Position numbers and translations under genes: made by a program. From Gnetum montanum (Eukaryota; Plantae; Gnetophyta): a stretch of 64,000 bases of DNA. The DNA is taken from assembly GCA_015680685.1 (NCBI GenBank), contig MNCI01000405.1, positions 338,988-402,987 of the forward strand, written 5' to 3'. This document shows, piece after piece, positions 11,858 through 22,929 of the stretch; within the stretch, counting starts at the first letter, position 1; every line of letters begins with the position of its first letter. The notes under the pieces are model-generated. The model was given only the letters and a program-made list of their open reading frames with translations, was not told the origin of the DNA and searched no databases.

Positions 11858-13450
11858 ATTAACATATATTTAATATGGATATATATAATATGCTTATATC
11901 CCATTTTCTAAAAATGGAACATAAGTATTAATAACCTCTACCTTCCGGGTATTGTGCACCTCATTTTATCTCTTCCGGATATTGTCCTACACCTGCAATG
12001 CCTATTCCAACCAGGGAGCTATGTAAGTGGATCATGATATAAGAAGACTATATAATAAAGCAAATATGACAGAGAGAAAATAAACATTATGATAGAGAGA
12101 AAATAAACGGCGCTCTAAATACAAAGATTATGTTATATCTGGGTTTGTTATTCTTGACTGTCATTGTTTTACAGTAAGTAAGACCAGTTTCAAGTTTTAA
12201 ATCAGAAATTCAAGGAAGGTGATCCTGACCGTTGGTTTGGAAAATATGTAATGGTTCGTACAAGAGTCACTCCAATGTAAACCAATAAAGGAAAAGAAGA
12301 ATAGATAAAATGTGAGAAAATATAAAGTAATTATGCAGTGCGTATAGAGAAAGTGCAATTGGTACACTAGAAGACAGAGCAAAGTTGGAAAAAGCTTTGA
12401 AGATAAGAGCATAGATTTAATACTCCAAAAGGAGGAGCTATGGCAGAATAGCACTCCATGAGATAACGATCTTTTGAAAAGCTCTAAAGAACGGAGCAAG
12501 TGAAGGGCAATATTCCAAAATCTGATAGAATGTGAGAATTGAGATGATTGCTCACCTGGCTGGAGAATGCTCTTGGCGTCTTTACCGGATACACCATGCA
12601 TCTCTGCAACATATTTCGTGTAGTAGATGCACACATTACGAAGGCTACAATATTTCGTGTAGTAGATGCACACATTAAGAAGGCTACAAGATGGTCCCTT
12701 GGAGAAGCTTTTCTTAGACGGGACATAGGTATTCACGAGCAAGAATTTCAGCGGATTCAATGTTCTGGGGATGGCCCTGCAACTGGATTTCCAGTGAGAC
12801 CATTTTGATTTCAGGGCAGGATTGGTGCAGGCAAGCCAGAAAATTGAGCACCTTGGAATGTGATTTTGCAGTTGAAGTCTACATGCAGGTGCTTTGCCAG
12901 CCTATAGAAAGGTACCGGATGTCTCATTATCACCATTGTGAACATACCCACATGTGCTCTGTCTTCCAGACTTATGCTCGTTGTTGCCTTACTCATTGCT
13001 GCCACAAGCAGCCTTGTCTATACCAAACAGTTTTGTGCATCTTATCTTTTCTGGCCGTGCCCTTTTTCTTCACCCATGCACTGAACTTTACAGCAACAAA
13101 TGTGGGATAAGACACATCTTGCAAAATCCGCCGTGCATGCAAGCCTGCCTAGCGGCCGTAATGGCCACGACAAAACTTGCATCCCATTCTACGCGCTGCA
13201 GAGTTTTCTTCGTTCTCTGTTGGGTTCCTCTCCACTGCACCCCTTCATGACCTTCACCAGGTTTTTCGCCGTGGAAGTTGCCGAACTCTGCATCATGACG
13301 GTATGAATCTTGCTAATTTTCATGAGATGATATTAATAGTATATTCCAAACTTTACCCTGACACATGCTATTATTTTTTTTAAAATCCTGTTTTCTAACG
13401 TTTGATACAATACTATTACTGACAAGCTGGCCGAGGCTCCCAACTGAGAT
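11858..13450. other. Unique, CpG-retaining, gene-like island of unknown identity
   Basis: Many intact CG dinucleotides, no TE motifs, and splice-like signals on both strands. No recognisable protein in six frames. Confidence 0.45.
12611..12688 (+). repeat. 39-bp tandem duplication (one mismatch)
   Basis: ATATTTCGTGTAGTAGATGCACACATTA(C/A)GAAGGCTACA x2. Confidence 0.95.
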
Positions 13451-13629
13451 ACTATTTTAGAAACATGCCTCAGCTTAATAATCATTTTTTATGAAGTTAC
13501 CTTTCAATTAAATGATTCTCTCCCCTTACCATGACTAATAGCCTTAAAAGGAAATCATTAACCCCAAAATTGCCTTACATTAGAACTTGATGCAGCATCC
13601 ATTCTTATGAAGCCAAGTCTTCCTGATGT

Positions 13630-14239
13630 TTACGAAGGAATAACATTAGCATCTACCATCTTGTCAATCTATTTTTCAGTTGAAAACATTTGCATTAGTA
13701 TAGTTAACTGCCTGATTTGTAGCTTCTTTGGATGTAGTAGCCCAAATCCCTTGTTCAAATTAATCCTTTCTTTTGTTGGCGCCCTCCAGTGTAATAGAAG
13801 TTTGGAATTGGAAGCCTTGTCATATCCTCATGAAAAGGTGCCTCATGTAGCTCATAATTCCTTTTTCCTAGTACCTTCATTAGTCGGAAGACAAAAATGT
13901 TCCAAATTCTCAACTTTAGGGAAAAAGCAACTAATACAATGTTCAACACTTCTCTTCCTTTGATTCTCTATTTAGAACATCACATTGGACATATTCTATG
14001 AAAAAAAATCAAGCAACCAATTTGGCATAGACTTCTGGGCAACCTCATAAACTTTTCACTAACCTTGGAGCATTTGGCAAAGACAAGGTTTTAACCAAAT
14101 TGTGCTCCATAATTTTTGTTATTCCAACAACTAGAGCCATCTTTTGGTTTGTGCTCGTTTCTAATCCTAAATCACCTTTAGTAAAGCTTCTCTTAGCACA
14201 AGGACCAAGGGATCCTATCCACTGTGAACACCAACTCAT
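13630..14239 (-). pseudogene. VEP1: Progesterone 5-beta-reductase/iridoid synthase-like (PRISE) SDR pseudogene with several internal deletions
   Basis: Collinear pieces: MSWCSQWIGSLG; MALVVGITKIMEHNLVKTLSLPNAP; KVYEVAQK; IEYVQCDV; HEAPFHEDMTRLPIPNFYYT; EQGIWATTSKEATNQAVNYTNANVFN; (W)IDKMVDANVIPS*. Has frameshifts and stops. Candidate 5' UTR intron at 14262-14508. Confidence 0.9.
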
Positions 14240-14649
14240 TTTGGATCTGTGAGAGTTTTACCTGAAAAAAAATTACTGAAATCACCCATCCATTGAAACC
14301 AAAAATAAATATACACTACTAAACCCAATTACAAATTCCTAATATTGTTATAATCATTTCAAAATAAAGTGTAGTAGCAACTTAGTGGTCTCATACAGTG
14401 TTGGTAAAGAAAATAGAAAGACAATACAATCATAGCTGACAAAGATGTACTACTGAGAGCATGTTAACACCAGCAACAAGTGTGTTTTAAGTAGAGATGC
14501 AATCTCACCATGTATAAGAGTTGTTTACATTATTTTAATGTCAAACATTTGAAATCAGTGGAAGATGATATCCTAAGTGAGGTTACATTACCTTTTGATT
14601 CTTATGCATTTTTTTGGGCTTGTTATTAAATTTTATCTTTGATGGGAGG

Positions 14650-16500
14650 ACTATGATCCATGAGCTACAAGCGATTGCATAGATTCTAAAGTAGTTCTGA
14701 TCTGAGTTTTAGGCTAGTGTGAGTCCACCCCTATCTCTATCCCCATTCAATGGGTCATCCAAAGGGAGGATAATAACAAACTTCTATCTCCTATAACCAA
14801 GTAGGAGCTCTCTGAGGTCATCTATTCCATGAAATGTGGGAAGGTCTTGAGGCTTGATGGATGGCTAATTAAGTTCTTTAAAGAATTTATTAATGTTATG
14901 GATAACAATATTATTAATGCTTTCAAACTTATGCTCAAGTGGGGCCAAGTTAGAAATGACATCAACTATTCAAGGATTGTTCTAGTGCTCAAGATGGAGA
15001 ACCCTATCCACCTAGCTTACTTGAGACCCATCAAAGTGTACAATAGATTACTCAAATTTTTCACAAAGATCCTAGTTAGGAGATTGCAATCCCTAATGCC
15101 AATGCTTGTGGGTGTTCAATAAGATGGATTTGTCAAAGGATGATTCATTCAGGACCAAATATTGTTGCTTCATGAGATCATGCACTTGATTCATAGGGCC
15201 AAATTCCCATGTATGTTTCTTAAGCTCAATATTGCCAAAGCCTATGACACTATCAACTAGGTTTCCCTCAAAGAGATCATGATAAGAATAGGGCTTCATC
15301 TAAAGTTTGTTAATATGTGTATTAGCATTCAAGCCATGGGGCCTTCTTTTTTGACATAAATGAAAGGTTGTGAGAGTTTTCCTTCCCTCATAGGGGGCTA
15401 CACCATGTATATCCTTTCTCACCATACCTTTTCATCATTGTTATGAATACCATGAATCAATATTGTAGGTCTGAAGGGGTCTAGGATCTGAATGTTAAAG
15501 GGATCACCTACATTGCCAACCATTACATGGATGGTATGACTCTGGTTACAAGGGTGGCCATGCCACAAGCAAAGGCTATTGCTAAGGCTCTCAATTGTAT
15601 GTCTCAAGAAATGGAACTAACTATTTACTAGGACAAATCTACTAGCCATTTCTTCAACATGGAAAGAATTTTGAAGGGAAATTTTTTTTGTATATTGGGG
15701 ATCTTCTTGGGATCTTGTCAAGACTCCTTCCTAGGGATCCCTATGATTGCTTGGAATAAGAATGTGTCATAGTCTTGTTTTGACCAAAAGATCCAGTCTA
15801 GAGTTGACGACGAGACCTTCAAATTCCTAACAAGCAAGGAAATGTTCTACTCACTTCTTCTATCCTCTCTGCCATGGCTAGGTTTGTTGCCTCTATGACT
15901 TCTCCATTAAAAGGGGTGATTAACAAAATCAATCAAATCATCCACCATTTCATTTCATTAGGAGGAAAAAGGGATAACTAGTTGCACCTAATACACTATA
16001 AAAAAGGTGGCATAGCCTAAGACAGTGCAGTGCCTTGGGGTGCTAACCTTCAAAGATTAGATTCTATTTGGTTACCAAGGATTTATCAACCATTTCATGT
16101 AGGATGACAATGATCATGTGTCGTGGCTATACATTCTCAAGTGAAAGTGCCAACCATGGAATGTAGACACTCAAGATTTGCATCTCCAACAAAACATTTG
16201 CACCTATGCATAGAAGCTCATCTAGGTGGGGGCACTGCTTGTTTTACCTCAGGAAATGTTATGCCATAAGTATGCTATAGTGCCTAGGTGGTGGGTTTTA
16301 TGGAAGAGACATTTGAGAAAATTAAATTTTTCATTTTTCTTGTTTCCCAAGGTCCTCCAAGGACATGGCCTCTCTATTAATTTCCTTTGCCCCCTTTTCC
16401 ATGTCGAACCTGAAATGCTTTAGCATTTCCCCAACTAATGATTATAACTATTTTTTGATATAATATATTCCAAACCTTTTCTCCAAAATAGAAAAAAACT
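14650..16500 (+). mobile_element. L1-clade LINE, 5'-truncated RT region
   Basis: DGWLIKFFKEF...INYSRIVLVLK...LRPIKVYN...LKLNIAKAYD. Ends ttttctccaaaatagaaaaaaa. Confidence 0.88.
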
Positions 16501-16919
16501 ATTTTTCTCTTTTATTTGGAAAAAGATGAAGAAAAGTTGTGTAATCATGTATGTTTAGGTGCTCTCCATAAACCAAGCCCATATGAGTTATGATTAGAAG
16601 CCCCCTATATCCTAGGATAAGCACTTTACCTAAATTCACAATTAGTAATTAGGTGAATGATGCATTTGGTTGGGATGCTTTATGTGGAGCATGTAGCATT
16701 TCTAGGGAACACTAAATAAATTTTTTAAATAATACATTCATACTCATAACCTAAATTAACAAGTTGCATTGGTTTTTTTTTTCAATAACCCTTCTCTAGA
16801 AGTGGAGATGAGCACCACTATCCAACCCTACCCATACATATACATACTTAAGCTTAAAAATTTGAAGCATTGGACCCACACTTGGAGGTTTTCAATAATT
16901 CAAGTGCCATTTGTAAGTG

Positions 16920-17938
16920 TGTAACGACATCATGTATGATCGCTAGGTACCAATCTCACGTGTATATTGAGGTATAGTCCAAAAATGATAATTAAGCCAA
17001 GCCTTGTTTGTGTAGTATAGAATTCAAAGATAACCCAACACATAGCTAGATGGTGATTGAACTTTTTAAGTTGAATGAACCTCAATGTGAGAATGAAACA
17101 CCACATTACATGGGAAAAGTTGTTGAAACCTATGTATTTTCTACCCCTAGCCATTGTTTAAAGCCTCTATAAATTAGATAATCTTGATTTTTAGATAAAG
17201 GTTGGGGTTATATTAATAATATTATAAAAGTACAAAAAATGGAAGTGACAACAAAGCTCACTCCAATGGAAGCATCAAAAGGGGGTTGAAAATCACCCTA
17301 GAGCTTTTCACTACATCACCAGCAAAAAGTAGAAAAATATTATGGGCAGACAATTTGTCTAGCCATACTAGAGTTCATAGAAATAAAAAACCTAGTGTAA
17401 CTCTTCAAACCCAATACTTGTTGAACTCGTTTGTTTAGCATATCGACAATACCTAAATGCCATCATTTGGAAAAGGTAAAAATCCACATGCACAAGATTC
17501 ATTAATCTATTTGTGGAGCAAGCCCACGACATAGCAGAAGATTAGGATAACACCTAACAACATTTGTTGGTGTTTTTTTGGTTAAATAAAACTTGAAACA
17601 AATGAGCCACACAACTGTTTGTTATTTTTTAACTTATTAAGTAATTAGACATGATAGCCATCACATTTGGCTATGTATTTCCTTGAGATATCATAATACC
17701 AAGGAGGATAGAAAATATGAAATTGATTCAGTAATCATTATAATTATGAAGAGTAGGGAAGTCTTATGTCATCAACATGTTAAGATTAATGAAGGTATGA
17801 TTTAACATAGGTCTATAATCAACCCACCATTACATTAAGTCACATTCTTATTAGTTACTAGTGTAGACCTAGCTCCATGTTTTAGAATATTAAAAAATTG
17901 TAGTGAAAATTTAAAGGTTGGATACAAGGGGTTCTACA
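16920..17938 (+). mobile_element. 5' LTR of a Tekay/Del chromovirus
   Basis: Starts TGTAACGAC and ends GGGGTTCTACA. TATA at ~17167. Followed by decayed tRNA-iMet PBS tagtattagagc (17942-17953). Confidence 0.7.
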
Positions 17939-17979
17939 TGGTAGTATTAGAGCTTTGCTTTGTATACTTAAGTATGAGG

Positions 17980-20747
17980 ACAATGGTGTGGCTGGAGCTA
18001 CTAGTGGGGTTTGACTCAAGGGTTGGAGGCTAGGAAATGAAGGCATTGATGTTGTGTAAGTTAAGGTAGGAAGATTGCATGTGAAGATGACTTTAGCAAT
18101 GCTCTCAGGGGGTGTGGCCCTTTTGCCATGTAGCTTGATGGGAAAGTTTGTCCTTTAAGACTTGTCCTAGGATGGAGCAAATTTGGCCTTGGGTGGCCAC
18201 TTTGTGAAGTGTTAGGGAATTTGAGATGCAAGCTCTACTTGTGTACCTATTATTGTTTGTCTTTCAATTTGTTGATGATAAGGATGCTATGCTTCAAGAG
18301 GGGCTGTAGTTTTATAGGTTATGGATCTTGCTCTAACACATTAGCACCCCAGTGTCCATAATCACCCAAACCTATTTGTGAAGGTTTTGATGTGGATTAG
18401 GGTTTCTAGACTTCCTCGGAAGTTTTGCACATTGAAGTTTCTCATGTTGTTGGTAGGTTTCTTTGGCACGTTTATTGCTTTTGACAAGTTTATGGCCTTT
18501 CAGGAGATAATGGGGCTTGTTCATTTCTATGTCTGGCGGTCCTTGAACAAGGATGGGCTCTTGTAGGAGGTTCAAATGAAAATGTGTATGGGATAGAAAT
18601 CTTGATAGTGGAATATGAGGATGTCCCCATTGAAGAAAATACCAATAGCACTAGAATTGCTTCAAAAGGAAATGTTGTGAATATGGGTGTTTTGTGAGGC
18701 TATCAGTTTTATGGAAAGAATAATCACTAGGCAATGGAATGTTAGTTTTGCCTAAGAAGGGCTGCCCACTTGCAAGGGCCCAACTAGATGGAGTGGCTAG
18801 GTCTTCCTTGCCACTAAGGGAAAACTCAAAGGAGACCCTTACAATATGAAACAATGTACCAAAAGAGGGTCTCTCAATGAGAGAACCTAGTGTGGAGGTC
18901 TCGCATAATAGGTAGAGGATTCCTACATTTTGCTAGAGGTCATGACTAGAAAGCTATAAGGGGCTATGTCATAGGATGGGGAGGGTGATGAGGACCTTGA
19001 GATAAACATTATTTTAGATTAGAGGAATCATAGCAACAACAATGGATCCACTTCCAAAGATTTGGGTACATGCTTTTTGTTGGTCTCTTGGGTGTCCCCT
19101 TTGTGGTGCTTCGCAATCCCAAACTTCCCTTTCACAAAGTGGTAGATTCTCAAGGAGAAAGAAGTTGGTTTCAAAGTCCACCCTAAAGTTAAAAATGGGC
19201 CAGTCAAGCTTCCATGAGGCCAAGATCAAGAAAATAACCTAGTATGTGGAACTAGGAATTCAAGGGATCCTCAAGGAGGTATATAATAAAAGGTTTGTTG
19301 GTAGATCATAAAGCTTCTCACATGGAATTCCCAAGGATAGGGTACCCATACAAATAAAATACCCTAAAGGAGTTTATGAGGCAAGAAGCCTACAATATTA
19401 CGTGTGTGTGTGTATAGGAAACAAAGCTTTAGAATTTACAAAGATAGGTGCTAACCTAACCTAGGTGGTCTTTTTTTATGAATTGTAGAGGACTAGTAAG
19501 GGGGTGTGGGAGGGCTATCTATCTTAACTAACTCTATGTGGTGTGTGTTCACATTTTATTGGAACCTTATGTTGTATTTCCAACTATAAGGAGATATCTC
19601 ACAAAATTTTACAATCCAAAATCTTACACTAACTGCCTCTAGGAGCTTCTAGTTGTTACAGTAGAAGTAAACAACCACAATGCTTAGATCGTGGTAGGGG
19701 ATTTCAATTCAAAGTTGTATGAATGGGAGAGAGCTAGTTGCAAAGCCATAAGGAAGTGAACACTTTCACAAGTTTCCTACAAACTTTAACCTAGTGGATA
19801 TGGACATTTAGAAATGCAAGTTTACATGGACCAATAACAAGAGGAGATAAAATTATGTTATGTCCAAAATTGATAGAATATTTAGTAGTGTTGTCATGGT
19901 CATCAATAGATACATTACTTTTATGGTATTAGAAAGAAGGACTTTAGATCATAATCTAGTATGTATAATAGTAGATAACTACATCTAAAAGTAAGCCACA
20001 CACTTTGAGAGATCATCTTTGAAGTAGCTAGTGCAAGGAGTGTGGGTGGACTATCCTGGGGACTATGATCCCAAGGTGTTTCTTCAGAAATTCCTTCAAT
20101 GGATTAAACAAGAAATAAGAACATAAGCCAAGCATGACAAGTATGGCTTCAAGTTTCTTGAGTAGGAACAAACCCAGAAGCTCTGGAAAATTCAGTAGTT
20201 TCTGGAGGGTCAAGACTTATAAAGTGAAAATTGTGACTAAATTCAATGCTGACAGGATGCAAAAGCTACCTGCTAAGGAGTGATAGATGAAGGAGGAAAA
20301 TTACAAGAACTTTTAAGAGGTAGAAACTTTCATGACTACCTAACATCATAGGGTAGTTCTATATGGGATCCACTCCCAGGAGAGGATGAGGTGTACCTGC
20401 ATCCAACTGCCACATCATGATTGAGGTGGTTTTTGTTGTTTGATGTCATTTTTTTACCTTTTGTTATGTCCATGTCTATTGTTTGTGGTTTTTCTTTAGT
20501 GGGTTTGTGTTTCCCTTAGTGGGATTATCTATCTTACATCAAGTGCCACCTCAGTGGGCTAGTATATTTATTAGTTATGATCCATTGTGTTACTATGGGG
20601 GGGAGGTAGTTACCCCATAATGCTATGTTGTTCTTTTGGGGGGTGGTTCTCCCCTTGATTTTTGTACTAGGGGAGGGTCATCCTCCCCCCTACTGCTTGT
20701 ACATATTTTATTACTTTACTTTCACCTAACCTTTTTCCAAAAAAAAA
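17980..20747 (+). mobile_element. L1 LINE nested in the Tekay leader: ORF1 (DUF4283-like), endonuclease, 3' UTR and poly(A); RT absent
   Basis: ORF1: LMGKFV...VLMWIRVSRLP...VEYEDVP. EN: IVVGDFNS, FTWTNN, SKIDRIF, LDHNLV. Poly(A) at 20739-20747. Confidence 0.82.
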
Positions 20748-22447
20748 TTGCTCATGAAGTTTAATCCTCCAAAGTTTACATTAGAAATGGGTCTTGCTAT
20801 GGTTGAGTCATGGTTGAGTGATGTAGAAAAAGTTACTAATACTTTGGGATGTTTTGAAACAGGGAAGGTAGTCTTTGTCATTAACATGCTACAAGGTGAG
20901 GAAAACCTACAATGGAAAACAAAGCTAGCCAAAATTGCTAATGTGAATAATCTTTATCTAGGATAAGTTTATAGAGATATTTAACAAAAAGTATGTCACT
21001 CATTTCTACATAGAGAGAAAGAGACCAAATTTTTTCTATTTAAAAGAAAACTACTAAAAATAGTGTTCATACTCATGAAGCTAGATTTGTAGAACTCCGT
21101 AGGTATGTTTTTCACATGAATCAGTTTGTGGTTTATGGAGAGTTTAATTCTAGCATTAAATGCCAAATTTGTAGAAACAATATAGAAATCTAGGATTGCA
21201 GAAGATAATTAAGAAAAATCTCAAGTTAATTGCAAAACTTGTTTCCATCCAAAGGTCCAAATTTAAAAAACCATAGACAGCCAAGTTAGCAAGGTAAGTC
21301 CAAGAATTTTCATAATAGTTCCAAAAATAGTAATTAGATTTTTAGCCATCACCAAACCCAAGTAACAACAATTGGAACTATCCCATGCAAAGTTAACCTA
21401 GTAATTTTCCTATGGATGAAGGAAAAAATCAAAGTGTCAATAATATAGGACCATCTCAAAGTCCAAGATGTCACATGTGGTGGACCTTATCCAAGGAGGT
21501 TTTTTCTAGAATATATGAACAAGAATCCTAGTCAAGCTAACCTAGGATCAACTCACAATGGATCACAATCTATTCATCAACCTATGGCAACACTTTGGGC
21601 TATAGTTGAAAATCAAGGTGTCTAATTTCAAAATGCCATCATAGAAGGGAAGGGTCTACTAAATGGAAAAGAGGTATTAATTTTTTTTGACTGTGGTGCC
21701 ACTCATTGCTTCATGTCACCTAGGTTGGTGTCAAATGTAAATATAAGTTGTGTGCCTATAGAAAGGTCTAAAGATCTACATTTTTTCTAAGCGAGGTAGA
21801 GTTCAAGTTGAAACCAATTGTCATAAATTACATTGCATTTGGCATGGATTGGTTATGCTAACATAAAGTAATTATTGATTATAAGGAAAGGATTTTTAGT
21901 TTAGGGATGAATAGTTAGGAAATGAAAATTCAAGGGGAACCAAAGACAACTAGAAAAAACTTAGTTTTTACTAGGAAAATTAATAGGGAGCTTTGAAGGG
22001 GTACTCAAGACTTCATTGATGATGGTAAATCAGTCTTTATAGAAGATTATCAATATTATTTAGATGATGTTCCTATTTTTTGTGAGTACAATCATGTTTT
22101 TGCCAAGAAACTTTTAAGAATTCCACCTCATTGAGTAGTTGAATTCACTATAGACTTGGTTTCAGGAACAACAGTTATATCTTTAGCATCTTATAGAATG
22201 TCTCCTGCAAATTGTAGAATTGATATTATAGTTAGAAGAACTTCTACAAAATTGTTATATTAGGCCTAATGTGTCTCTTTGGGGTGCACTAGTTTAATTT
22301 TTCACAAAGAGGAATAGAACATTAGGGTTATGCATTGATTACTATCAATTGAATAAGGTTAGCATTAAGGACAAGTATCCATGGGCAAGGATAGGTGATT
22401 TTTTTAATTAATTAAAGAAAGAAAAGCTATTTTGCAACATAGATCTT
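20748..22447 (+). mobile_element. Tekay gag-protease-RT (N-terminal part), truncated
   Basis: gag: MKFNPPKF...ESWLSDVEKV. Protease: FDCGATHCFMS. RT: EFTIDLVSGT...YRMSPA...LCIDYYQLNKVSIKDKYP. Confidence 0.9.
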
Positions 22448-22929
22448 CATAATGTGACTCAATATACTACATTTCATTATAAAGAATGACACATAGAAAT
22501 AAACATTGCATTACATTGCTACAATCTTCACATACACTACAACAACAAGAACAAATGTTAAAGGGATAAATCACAACAACAAAATACATGGATGTAGCCT
22601 TAATAATAAGTAGATATTTAAAAAAGATCAAATAGCAAAACATAGAAACACACTAGATAGGAAAAAAGGAAGGGAGAAGAATTTCTCTCAAATTCTTATA
22701 GCAAAAATCCTCAATCCACTCCAACTTCTTATTTCAAAACCCTCATACTCATGCAATAGCCAACAAAAGACAAGGGATTCAACATTGGGACAAGTTACTT
22801 ATAGGAAAATGGATAGGGTTAGGATTGTACATATTCTCACAATGAATTTTTTTAAAAAAAGATAGGATAAAAATTTAGGCATGTATAGTGTCCTTCCAAA
22901 AAAATAGTAACAAATCAAATTTAGTGACA

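Noticed and set aside
12000-12110. miR156/miR529-like tgacagagag and a miR160/miR408-like site ccagggagct
   Set aside because: Matches are 10 nt or shorter, no fold-back partner is visible, and the segment is a short local duplication (agagagaaaataaac x2).
12197-12760. 187-aa ORF as a protein-coding gene
   Set aside because: No recognisable domain. The distal half is F/L/S-rich translation of a pyrimidine-rich intron-like tract past a strong donor site.
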